DNA of 51,520 nt from an uncultured Bacteroides sp. Its GTDB lineage: Bacteria; Bacteroidota; Bacteroidia; Bacteroidales; Bacteroidaceae. Made by a program: the position numbers and the translations under genes. Shown piece after piece: positions 17,399 through 26,234 of this stretch; the stretch's first letter is position 1, and each line of letters starts with the position of its first letter. The stretch is taken from contig CAZOKL010000001.1 of NCBI GenBank assembly GCA_964580305.1, forward strand, positions 19,617-71,136, in the 5' to 3' direction. Below the pieces are notes generated by a model. The model was not told the origin of the DNA, did no database searches, and worked only from the letters and a program-made list of their open reading frames with translations.

Positions 17399-18631
17399 AT
17401 GGTTCTGAACTACATTTGGATTGCTTTCTTCGTGGTGGCTTTTCTCATAGCCTTGGCGAAACTCATATTTTGGGGCGACACGGCTGTGTTTCCCGCAATG
17501 GTGGAGTCCACCTTTTCCTCTGCCAAAACGGCATTTGAGATTTCGCTTGGCCTGACGGGTGTGTTGGCGCTCTGGCTGGGCATCATGCGCATTGGCGAAC
17601 GTGGCGGCGTGGTGGCCGTGCTGGCGCGTTGGCTCAGTCCGCTGTTTGTCCGTCTGTTTCCCGACATCCCTAAGGGGCATCCTGCCACGGGGGCTATCTT
17701 CATGAACATCGCGGCCAACATGCTGGGGCTGGACAATGCTGCCACACCCATGGGTCTGAAGGCGATGGAAGAACTCCAGAAACTCAATCCGCACAAGGAC
17801 ACGGCTTCGAACCCGATGATTATGTTTCTCGTGCTGAACACATCGGGACTGACCATTATCCCCATCAGCATCATGGTCTATCGTGCCCAGCTGGGCGCGG
17901 CACAGCCGACCGATGTCTTTGTCCCCTTGTTGCTGGCCACATTCTTTTCCACGCTGGCGGGCATCATCTGCGTGAGCCTCTACCAGCGCATCAATCTTCT
18001 CAACCGGACACTCCTTCTCACGCTCGGGGGTACCACGTTGGCCGTAGCCTTGCTCATCGTGGGGCTGGACAGTCTGTCGCGTGTGCAGATAGATGCCCTT
18101 TCCACGTCAGTGGCCAACATCCTCCTGTTTCTTATTATAGTGGTGTTTATCCTCGCAGGTGTCCGGCGGCGCATTAATGTCTATGATGCTTTCATCGACG
18201 GTGCGAAGGAGGGATTCCAGACAGCTGTGCGCATCATCCCCTATCTGGTGGCCATGTTGGTAGGCATCGGGGTGTTTCGTGCGTCGGGGGCAATGGATAT
18301 GCTGGTGGGTGTCGTGGAGTGGGTGGTCGCTTCCTGTGGGGGCGACACGGATTTCGTGGGTGCGTTGCCTACGGCGTTGATGAAACCTCTGAGCGGAAGC
18401 GGTGCACGGGGCATGATGGTCGATGCAATGAATACTTACGGAGCCGATTCATTTGCCGGTCGGTTGGCTTGCATCTTCCAGGGCTCCACAGACACGACTT
18501 TCTACATCCTGGCTGTCTATTTCGGCAGTGTGGGCATTCGTTACACGCGCCATGCCGTGGCCTGCGGCTTGCTGGCCGACCTGGCGGGAGTGATAGCTGC
18601 CATTTGCATGGCCTATTTGTTTTTCGGCTGA
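17399..18631 (+). CDS. SpmA/SpmB-fusion membrane protein (nucleoside recognition/Gate domain)
   Basis: ANMLGLDNAATPMGLKAM (SpmA-like) and MKPLSGSGA..GSTDTTFYILAVYFGSV (SpmB-like); -7 TACTTTTG at 17286-17293. Confidence 0.87.
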   Translation: MVLNYIWIAFFVVAFLIALAKLIFWGDTAVFPAMVESTFSSAKTAFEISLGLTGVLALWLGIMRIGERGGVVAVLARWLSPLFVRLFPDIPKGHPATGAIFMNIAANMLGLDNAATPMGLKAMEELQKLNPHKDTASNPMIMFLVLNTSGLTIIPISIMVYRAQLGAAQPTDVFVPLLLATFFSTLAGIICVSLYQRINLLNRTLLLTLGGTTLAVALLIVGLDSLSRVQIDALSTSVANILLFLIIVVFILAGVRRRINVYDAFIDGAKEGFQTAVRIIPYLVAMLVGIGVFRASGAMDMLVGVVEWVVASCGGDTDFVGALPTALMKPLSGSGARGMMVDAMNTYGADSFAGRLACIFQGSTDTTFYILAVYFGSVGIRYTRHAVACGLLADLAGVIAAICMAYLFFG

Positions 18632-18682
18632 TGGGTTCTCCGGAACATTGTCAGCTTGTTGATTAAATGTAAAGACTGAAAT

Positions 18683-19108
18683 ATGATTACTTATCAGACG
18701 GACGGCGTGAAGTTTCCGTCCATCAAGCGGCGCGAGACAAGTGCATGGGTGAAAGCCGTGGCTGCCACCTATGGCAAACGGGTGGGCGAGATTGCCTACA
18801 TCTTTTGCAATGACGAGAAAATTCTGGAAGTGAACCGGGAATATCTGCAACATGACTACTACACGGACATCATCACGTTCGACTACACCGAGGGAGATGT
18901 CATCAGCGGCGACCTCTTTATCAGCCTCGACACGGTGCGTACAAACGCCGAGCAGGTGGGTGCCGCCTACGACGAAGAACTCCACCGTGTCATCATTCAT
19001 GGCATTCTTCATCTTTGCGGCATCAACGATAAGGGGCCGGGCGAGCGGGACATCATGGAGGCTGCGGAAAACAAGGCCTTAGCGTTGTTGCGTGCTAAAG
19101 CTGATTGA
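18683..19108 (+). CDS. ybeY: rRNA maturation endoribonuclease YbeY
   Basis: NREYLQHDYYTDIITF, GDLFIS, HGILHLCG zinc motif. Confidence 0.95.
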   Translation: MITYQTDGVKFPSIKRRETSAWVKAVAATYGKRVGEIAYIFCNDEKILEVNREYLQHDYYTDIITFDYTEGDVISGDLFISLDTVRTNAEQVGAAYDEELHRVIIHGILHLCGINDKGPGERDIMEAAENKALALLRAKAD

Positions 19109-19128
19109 CAAATGGACAATGGAGCATT

Positions 19129-20880
19129 TCAGTTTCCTTGTACATGAGCCATCACACGTAAGAAGTTGCCTCCCCAGATTTTCCGGATGTCTTCCTCCGA
19201 GTAACGCTCTGCGAGCAGGCGGCGCGTGAGATTGATGACTTCTGCGGCCGATGCACAGCCGGGCACTCCTCCGTCACCGTCGAAATCAGTGCCGATGCCC
19301 ACGTGGTTGATGCCCATGATGCTCACCATGTGGTTCAGATGTTCGATGACATCGGGCAGACCGGCTTGTCCGTCGAGGCGGAGAAAGCCCCCGTAGAGAC
19401 ACACCTGTGCCACACCGCCGTTGTGGGCAAGTGCCCGCAGTTGGTCGTCTGTCAAGTTTCGTGGATGGTCGCATAGGGTGCGGCATGATGAGTGGGAGCA
19501 CACGACGGGGTGTGTGCTGCATTCCAATGTATCATAGAAACTTTGTTCCGAGGCGTGCGAAAGGTCAACGAGCATTCCCGTGCGGTTCATCTCGTGCACG
19601 GCTTCACGGCCGAACGGGCTCAGTCCTCCATGTTCGCCGTTGCCCCGTGCCGAGTCACAGATGTCGTTGTCTCCGTTGTGGCAGAGAGTCATGTAGACGA
19701 CACCCCGCTGGCGGAAACGTGCGATGTTTGTCAGGTCGCGTCCGACGGCATATCCGTTTTCGATTCCCAGCATGATGGCTTTCTTTCCCTCGCGTTTCAA
19801 GCGTACGATGTCAGCCGGTGTGCGTGCAATGTCCACATAAGACGCATTGGCATGCACCATTTCTTCAATTTGGTTCAGAATGCGGTCGGCCTTGGCTGTG
19901 GCTGCAAGCAGTGATTCTGGGTCGCGCTCGCCTTGTTTTAGGTAGGCCACCATGATAGTGGCATCCAGCTTTCCCTCGTTCATCTTGTGCAGGTCGACCA
20001 ACACGTGTGGGTCACGTGTGTGAAACCGGATGCCTTCGTGGAAGAACATTGGTGTGTCGCAGTGGCTGTCGAGGGTGACGATGCGGGCATGCAACTCTTT
20101 TGCACGGGCGAATGAAGCGGCTTCGTCCACCAACCAGTGAAACAGTGGCAACATGCTCTCGTCGCCGGCCAACACCATGCATTCGGGATGCCACTGCACA
20201 CCCAGCATTGACTTGTGTTCGGCTGACTCGATGGCTTCGATGATGCCGTCGGCAGCACGGGCACAGACACGGAAGCCCGGGGCCGGTTCGCTCACAGCCT
20301 GATGATGGAATGAGTTCACGGGGAGCACGTTGCAGTCTGGAAACAAGCGTGACAACGTTGTCCCCTCGTCGATGCGCACGGTGTGCGAGGCATAGCTGCG
20401 GTCGAGTTGCTGGTCATGCTTCAGACACGTCACACCTGCTTGAGTGTGTATGTCCTGGTAGAGTTTTCCTCCGAAGGCAGCGTTCATCACTTGAATGCCT
20501 CGGCAGATGCCCAGCATGGGAATCTGACGGTCGGCTGCTAGGCGTGCCAGCAACAGTTCTTGGCGGTCGCGCCGGTGGTTGATGCTTTGCAGTTGCTCCA
20601 AAGGCTCTTCACCGAGAAAGAGGGGATTGATGTCGCCTCCACCTGTGAGTAGCAAGCCGTCGATGCTGTCGAGGGTGGAGAGAAGTGCATCGCGCTCCTC
20701 ATAGGGAGGGATGATGAGGGGTGTGCCTCCGGCACGCAGCACGGAGGTGCAATAACCGTCGCTCAATAAACAATTCCCGTCACTGAAGTTGGCTGTCACT
20801 CCAATGACGGGCAATCGTTGATATCCGGGGTATGAAGCATGAACGTCTTCATACGTCCGCTCAATGTCAAATGTCTTCAT
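19129..20880 (-). CDS. Peptidase C26 (class I glutamine amidotransferase-like) fused to membrane dipeptidase M19
   Basis: N-half: LLTGGGDI, GICRGIQ, VNSFHHQ, GVQWHPE; C-half: DSHCD, IENG, VDLSH, SHS, HPRN, GIGTDFDG, GGNFLRV. Confidence 0.9.
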   Translation of the reverse strand: MKTFDIERTYEDVHASYPGYQRLPVIGVTANFSDGNCLLSDGYCTSVLRAGGTPLIIPPYEERDALLSTLDSIDGLLLTGGGDINPLFLGEEPLEQLQSINHRRDRQELLLARLAADRQIPMLGICRGIQVMNAAFGGKLYQDIHTQAGVTCLKHDQQLDRSYASHTVRIDEGTTLSRLFPDCNVLPVNSFHHQAVSEPAPGFRVCARAADGIIEAIESAEHKSMLGVQWHPECMVLAGDESMLPLFHWLVDEAASFARAKELHARIVTLDSHCDTPMFFHEGIRFHTRDPHVLVDLHKMNEGKLDATIMVAYLKQGERDPESLLAATAKADRILNQIEEMVHANASYVDIARTPADIVRLKREGKKAIMLGIENGYAVGRDLTNIARFRQRGVVYMTLCHNGDNDICDSARGNGEHGGLSPFGREAVHEMNRTGMLVDLSHASEQSFYDTLECSTHPVVCSHSSCRTLCDHPRNLTDDQLRALAHNGGVAQVCLYGGFLRLDGQAGLPDVIEHLNHMVSIMGINHVGIGTDFDGDGGVPGCASAAEVINLTRRLLAERYSEEDIRKIWGGNFLRVMAHVQGN

Positions 20881-20919
20881 ACTATGATTTTCGTTTTCAA
20901 GTCCGACTTGTCCGGATGC

Positions 20920-21231
20920 TTAAAACTTATAGGTGCGTTTCGGATTCTTCGGAAACCAGCCTTTCTTCACCCTCTCTTCCTGTTCAAAAATCTCTTTGAT
21001 GCTCCAGAAAGAGGAGAAAGCAAACACACCCAGCAGCGTGGACATCAGCACATTGTCTGTCAGAAGCGAGCTGACAACGCCTCCGATGCCCAGCAGCAGG
21101 AAAACCCACCAGCAGCGTGTGCCGAAATAGTACTCACACTTCACCACCACCGGATGGAAGAAACCGATGATGAGGAACGTGCAGATGCCAATTAAAAGTC
21201 CCGAGAAATGCAAGCTGTTAAGACACTCCAT
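20920..21231 (-). CDS. Small membrane protein, DUF4491-like
   Basis: IIGFFHPVVVKCEYYFG and EQEERVKKGWFPKNPKR; three hydrophobic segments; tightly coupled to neighbours. Confidence 0.78.
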   Translation of the reverse strand: MECLNSLHFSGLLIGICTFLIIGFFHPVVVKCEYYFGTRCWWVFLLLGIGGVVSSLLTDNVLMSTLLGVFAFSSFWSIKEIFEQEERVKKGWFPKNPKRTYKF

Positions 21232-21235
21232 GAAC

Positions 21236-21697
21236 TTATTTCTCGCTGATGGGGATTTCCTTCTTGATGCTTTGTTCCAGAGAGATAAGGGTTTCCGTGG
21301 CTGTCACTCCGGGAATTTCCTGTATGCGCCGGTTCAGCAACTCCATCAGGTGCTCGTTGTCACGTGCATAAAGCTTGATGAGCATCGTGTAGGGACCGGT
21401 CGTGAAGTGGCATTCGACGATTTCGCGAATGTTTTCCAACTGAGCCACAGCATCTTTGTACATCGAGCCTCTCTCCAATTTAACTCCCACATACGTGCAT
21501 GTACTGTAACCCAGGCTTTTCGGGTTGACATGATAGCCAGAGCCTATGATGACACCGAGATCAATCAGACGCTGTACGCGTTGGTGGATGGCTGCGCGGG
21601 ACACGCCGCATTCAGCAGCAACGTCTTTGAACGGGATGCGTGCATTCTGGGAAATAATCTCCAGAATGCGACGATCTAAATTATCAATTCTTTCCAT
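21236..21697 (-). CDS. Lrp/AsnC family transcriptional regulator
   Basis: IDNLDRRIL..NARIPF..VA..CGVSRAAIHQRVQRL HTH plus RAM domain; -7 TACATTTG at 21799-21806. Confidence 0.93.
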   Translation of the reverse strand: MERIDNLDRRILEIISQNARIPFKDVAAECGVSRAAIHQRVQRLIDLGVIIGSGYHVNPKSLGYSTCTYVGVKLERGSMYKDAVAQLENIREIVECHFTTGPYTMLIKLYARDNEHLMELLNRRIQEIPGVTATETLISLEQSIKKEIPISEK

Positions 21698-21958
21698 TCT
21701 GTTGAGGATTTGATTGTTTTTTAGTGAATATCCGTAAGTTGTCTTCTTTGGGGACGGAGCCTTGCGGATGTTCAGTCGCTTAATAACTCTATCATAAGCA
21801 AATGTAGTATATTATATTGTAAAAATCGACGTTTTGATAGTTTTTTTTCGAGTAATACCAAAAAAAGTATAGGAACAGTCGGAATTAGCGTATTATTTTT
21901 AGTTTTTTAGTTGGCGAATGGTGAAACACGGAAGATGGTTGTGGAAGGTGGCCGGACC

Positions 21959-22060
21959 GGGCATAGAGGGCGCCCGTGAGCGGAAAGGAGGGCGTGGTCG
22001 GGCGGAGTAGAGGGCGGATGCGGGCGCAAAGGAGGGCGTCCGTAAAGGGGAAAAAGGATG
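21959..22060 (+). repeat. 22-bp periodic tandem array C (4 units plus degenerate fifth)
   Basis: Cores at 21959 GGGCATAGAGGGCG, 21981 CGGAAAGGAGGGCG, 22003 CGGAGTAGAGGGCG, 22025 CGCAAAGGAGGGCG, 22047 GGGGAAAAAGGATG. Confidence 0.92.
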
Positions 22061-22108
22061 TCACCGGATGAGCGGATGGCCGACGACCTTTCCGCATCAC
22101 CCGGTGAC
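22060..22108. terminator. Imperfect stem-loop downstream of the phosphatase gene
   Basis: GTCACCGG (22060-22067) / CCGGTGAC (22101-22108) enclosing GCGGA/TCCGC; no clean adjacent U-tract. Confidence 0.45.
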
Positions 22109-22148
22109 GGTTTTGACTTCTGACAAGTGCGATGTTTGATTCTGCTGC

Positions 22149-23093
22149 TTACTTGCTTTTCTGCACGGTGTGGAGCACGTGCCCTTCTTTGTCAATCATG
22201 TGGAGCGACAATGTGTTTTTATCGGCCGACACGAGGGAGAAGCCCGGTTCGTTGCTGCAGAACACGGTGCCGTCAGTGGGCCTCACGTCGCGGCTGAGCG
22301 AAGCCGAGGAGTTGACCACGTAGTCAATGTCGGTGTCCGGCTTGCGGATGTGCTGGAAGGTGTGGATGTGTCCGCAGATGTACATGGCCACGTTTGGATG
22401 ACGGAGCAGGATGCTGTTCACACGGTTTTGCATGTCCGTGCGTTCCTTCTCGTTCTTGTCTGTGTCTGCATAGATGGGGTGATGCCCGATGACGAGCACC
22501 CAGTCTTCTTTGGCAGAAGCAAGCACCTCGTCGAGCCATTTCAGCTGGGTGTCGATGTCCTGCTTGCCGGCGTCGGGATATTTCTCCGTGTCCTTGCGAT
22601 ATTTGTCAAGAAGCGGTGACGTGTCGATGAGCACAAGGCGCACTGTCACATCGTTGTCTTCCACAACTTTCGTGTAGTAACGTCCCTTCATGTCCCAGCG
22701 GGCGCTCACCTTGGTATAGTCAAGCACAGCCTGCGTGTTTCCACGATATTCGTGATTGCCCATGATGGGATACCACGGGAGCATCAGCTCCGGGTGGCTG
22801 TAGATGAGTTCGTAGTTGGTCATCCACAGGGGGTCGTTCACGCTGCGCACACCCTCGAAGTGGTGCACGTCGCCGGCAGCCACCACGCATTCGATACCCA
22901 CGGTTTCAGCCATCGTACCCATAAGCTCGGCGATGGTTTTCTGGTCGTAGTAGCCGTTGCGGCCCAGGTCGTTGGCCACGTAGAAATTGACGTCTTTCTC
23001 GAGTTTGGCCCATTCGGCAGGTGTCTGCGCAAAGGAGAATGTGGCCGTGCAGAGAATCAGGCACGCGGTGAAGAGTTTCTTCATTGCATTCAT
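22149..23093 (-). CDS. Secreted calcineurin-like metallophosphoesterase (purple acid phosphatase-like)
   Basis: Signal peptide; metal-binding motifs NDLG, GDVHH, GNHE, GHH, GHIH. Confidence 0.9.
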   Translation of the reverse strand: MNAMKKLFTACLILCTATFSFAQTPAEWAKLEKDVNFYVANDLGRNGYYDQKTIAELMGTMAETVGIECVVAAGDVHHFEGVRSVNDPLWMTNYELIYSHPELMLPWYPIMGNHEYRGNTQAVLDYTKVSARWDMKGRYYTKVVEDNDVTVRLVLIDTSPLLDKYRKDTEKYPDAGKQDIDTQLKWLDEVLASAKEDWVLVIGHHPIYADTDKNEKERTDMQNRVNSILLRHPNVAMYICGHIHTFQHIRKPDTDIDYVVNSSASLSRDVRPTDGTVFCSNEPGFSLVSADKNTLSLHMIDKEGHVLHTVQKSK

Positions 23094-23148
23094 AGTCGGT
23101 TCTTTTCTTGATTGATTGTCTTTGGTTTGTGAATATAGGGAATAATGT

Positions 23149-25935
23149 TTAGAAAGCTATCTTGAAGCCGGCATTGACCCGTATGCCGTAGTATTCCACC
23201 TGCATCGTGCGGTCTTTAGTGCCTTGGTAGTAGCGCAGGGGTTGGTTGAGCAGGTTGTTGGCCGAAGCATAGACGGTGTATTTGAACTTTTTGCCCCAGG
23301 TGTAGCTGGCATTGAGGTCAAGATAGTTCGTCTTGTCATAATAGCGGCGCAGGCGGCTTTCATCCTGATACTCTTCATCGTCCTGGAAGGCCGAGGTGAA
23401 GTTGTATGACAGGCGCACGTTCAATCCCCACTTGTCGAAGTAGAGCGAAGCGTTGGCCATGTGCTCGGGTGAACCCGGGAGCACTTGCTCGTCCTTGTCA
23501 CCAAAGATTGACTTGGTGATGTTGCTGTGCGTGTAGGTGTAGTTGCCGTAGAAGCCTACGCATTTCAGGACGGGAGCAATGAAACTGAAGTCGCGTTGGT
23601 AGCTCACCTCCACGCCGAAGAGGTCGGCATCGAAAGCGTTGAGCGGCTGTGTCAGGGAGACGTCCGTGTAGTTGCCGTAGGTCACGTGGTTCTGTTCATA
23701 CTCGACGATGAAGTCCTTCACGCGCTTATAGAACACGCCGGCAGACACGAGGCCTACGCTTTTGAAGTAATATTCACCCGAAAGGTCAAAGTTGTTTGAC
23801 GTGATGGGCTTCAGGTCGGGATTGCCGACATAGACTTCCACGGGTGTTTCCGTGCGGTCAATGGATGCACCGGCCACAAGGTTTGTATATTTCGGTCGTG
23901 AGAGTGTCTTCGTGTAGGAGGCGCGCACTTTGAAGTCGTTGTTCACATCCCACTTGAAGAGTACGCTCGGCAGCCAGTTGACGTAGTTGTTCTTATACGT
24001 ACCGGTGCTTTGCAATGATTCGTTCTCGTCCTCGTCGGTCACCCAGTTGAATCCGCTGGTCTTCAGGTTGGTGGCTTCCACACGAAGGCCGAGCATCATC
24101 TCCAGCTTCGGGCCGAGTTTCTGTGTGAAGCGGGCATAGGCAGCCGTCACTTGTTCTGTGGCATCGTAGTCGCCCGACGACTCTTCCCACACGCGCTCGC
24201 CGCCGAGGGCATTCAAGTCGGCACTGGTAAAGTTGCCGATGTAGTGCTTGTCGACAAACTCCGTAGGTGTATATTGGTCGCCTGCCATGAAACCGTCGCG
24301 TATCTGCATGGCGAGGTTGTTCTTCCATTCATCGCCGTAAGTGTCGGCATATCCTCCGGCATAGTCGTAGCAGATGTTTTCTTTGGTTTTATGCTTGTGG
24401 GTGTATTTTGCACCAAATTTGAGGCTGTTGCCGAAAATGCCTTTGGCAAGGGGTAACTCAAAGTCGAGCTTGGCCTTCCATTCGTTTTCAGCCACGTCTT
24501 CATTGGCATTGGTGAACTCGTCGACTTCCCATGTGCCCGATGTCAGGGAAATGGATGTGAGCGAGTAGGGGTGGCGTCCGCCGGCATCGGCCATGTCGAT
24601 GGTGAGTCCTTCTTGTTTCAGGGTGAAGTAGCGTTCGTCGGGCTTATTCTCTGTGGCTCGTGAGTAGGACACTGACCAGTCGCTCTGCAAGCGGTTCCAC
24701 AGAAGGTGGTTGCCACCCAGAGTGAAGTCCATCGTCTGTTGCAGTTCGCGGCGTGCGTTGCGGTTGTTGTCCGAACCGGTTTTTATTTGCGACTCGACTG
24801 ATTGTTCACCGGCTCCGTCGGCCAGGTCCTTATAGGTCAGTCCGTAGCGGTTTTCCCAATCGTTGCGCCGGTTGTAGATGCCGTTGAAGTAGAGCTTCTG
24901 GGTGGGTGAGAATTCATAGTCGAGAGAAAGTGAATAGCTCTGGCGTTCGCGGGTGACGTAGTACTGGCGTATCTCGGCATCGGTGAGCACCACGTTGTCA
25001 TTGTCGTCAATGTCATACTCAAACTCCGTGTTGTCCGAGCCGGCAGGTGAGTTCTGGTAGGAGATGGCTGCCATGAGCCCCAGTTTGTTGTTGAAGAAGC
25101 GGTCGCCGTAGGTCAGGCCCAAGTTGAGCTGCATCTTGTCGCTGATCCAGTTGTAACCTGTGCCAACGTTGGCATTGAACACCCTGTGATAGGGTGTGTT
25201 TTTCGTGATGAGGTTGATGGCTCCGCCAATGGCGTCACCATCCATATCGGCCGTTACCACCTTGTTCACTTCAATGGTCTGAATCATGTCGGCCGGGATG
25301 AGGTCGAGCTGCACGTTGCGTGCGTCGCCTTCGGCCGAGGGGAGACGGTTGCCGTTGATGGACACGCTTGAGAGGTCGGGCGAGGTGCCACGTACCTGTC
25401 CGAAACGGGCTTCGCCTTGGTCATATTGCACATTGATGCCGCTGATGCGTTTCAGGGCGTCGCCTATGTTGGAGTCGGGAAACTTGCCCACTTGGTCGGC
25501 TGAGACGATGTTTGTCAGGTTAAAGTTGCTCTTCTGTTGATTGATGGCGCGGCTTTGTCCTTGAAACACGCCTCCCACGACCACTTCCTGTAGTTCAACA
25601 CCTTCGTTCATCGTGATGTCTCGTTCCACAATTTTACCCTCTGGCACATTGAGCGTGAGGTAGATGGGCTCATAGCCCACATAGCTGACTTTCATCTGGT
25701 AGGTACCCGGTTTCAGGTTGGCCAGAGTGTAAAAACCGTTGATATCGCTCACCACACCGGTTTTCAGGTTTTCAATGAAGATGGTTGCACCTGGCAGAAT
25801 GTGCTTTTCAGAATCGACCACACGTCCACGTATCACACCGACCACGGGGTCTTCACTGTTATTATCTGCTGACACTGGATTGCACAGAACGGTAGAGAGT
25901 AGTAGAAGTCCTGTTGCTTTTGCAATTCTTCTCAT
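23149..25935 (-). CDS. TonB-dependent receptor (no SusD partner)
   Basis: Signal peptide, CarboxypepD-like domain, GKFPDSNIGDALKRISG plug, IEVNK..TADMDGDAIGG, GNPDLKP, ANNL, terminal Phe. Confidence 0.93.
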   Translation of the reverse strand: MRRIAKATGLLLLSTVLCNPVSADNNSEDPVVGVIRGRVVDSEKHILPGATIFIENLKTGVVSDINGFYTLANLKPGTYQMKVSYVGYEPIYLTLNVPEGKIVERDITMNEGVELQEVVVGGVFQGQSRAINQQKSNFNLTNIVSADQVGKFPDSNIGDALKRISGINVQYDQGEARFGQVRGTSPDLSSVSINGNRLPSAEGDARNVQLDLIPADMIQTIEVNKVVTADMDGDAIGGAINLITKNTPYHRVFNANVGTGYNWISDKMQLNLGLTYGDRFFNNKLGLMAAISYQNSPAGSDNTEFEYDIDDNDNVVLTDAEIRQYYVTRERQSYSLSLDYEFSPTQKLYFNGIYNRRNDWENRYGLTYKDLADGAGEQSVESQIKTGSDNNRNARRELQQTMDFTLGGNHLLWNRLQSDWSVSYSRATENKPDERYFTLKQEGLTIDMADAGGRHPYSLTSISLTSGTWEVDEFTNANEDVAENEWKAKLDFELPLAKGIFGNSLKFGAKYTHKHKTKENICYDYAGGYADTYGDEWKNNLAMQIRDGFMAGDQYTPTEFVDKHYIGNFTSADLNALGGERVWEESSGDYDATEQVTAAYARFTQKLGPKLEMMLGLRVEATNLKTSGFNWVTDEDENESLQSTGTYKNNYVNWLPSVLFKWDVNNDFKVRASYTKTLSRPKYTNLVAGASIDRTETPVEVYVGNPDLKPITSNNFDLSGEYYFKSVGLVSAGVFYKRVKDFIVEYEQNHVTYGNYTDVSLTQPLNAFDADLFGVEVSYQRDFSFIAPVLKCVGFYGNYTYTHSNITKSIFGDKDEQVLPGSPEHMANASLYFDKWGLNVRLSYNFTSAFQDDEEYQDESRLRRYYDKTNYLDLNASYTWGKKFKYTVYASANNLLNQPLRYYQGTKDRTMQVEYYGIRVNAGFKIAF

Positions 25936-25980
25936 TCGTTATTGATTTAAATTAGACGCAGCAAAATAACGGTGCTCGTG

Positions 25981-26040
25981 TTACATAAATCTTACAGAAT
26001 GTTGAAGTGAGAGTGACAGACGGATTACATTCGTATAACA
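25981..26040 (-). promoter_or_regulatory. Pho-box-like array of 11-bp-periodic direct repeats
   Basis: TTACA 25981, TTACA 25992, TGACA 26014, TTACA 26025, TAACA 26036 (minus strand TGTAA/TGTCA/TGTTA), all in an 11-bp register, upstream of the receptor-phosphatase pair. Confidence 0.7.
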
Positions 26041-26123
26041 ATTTAGGTTGGTGGATGCTTGCAGCTGTGAGATTGGCAGCCGCATAGATATTGAAAAACT
26101 CCTAAGCGATGGAATGAAAAACA

Positions 26124-26182
26124 AACACAGAGCGCACACCGGCGCAGAGAATCGAATGTCTGTGCCTTTGTGACTCTGTGTT
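26124..26182. repeat. Imperfect palindrome of CACAGAG-type subrepeats (REP-like / terminator) after ftsW
   Basis: AACACAGAG..GGCGCAGA pairs with TCTGTGCC..CTCTGTGTT. Confidence 0.55.
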
Positions 26183-26234
26183 CAAATCTTATTTTGCTCT
26201 TTCTTTTTGTGTTTTCGTATTAGGAAGACTGCGA

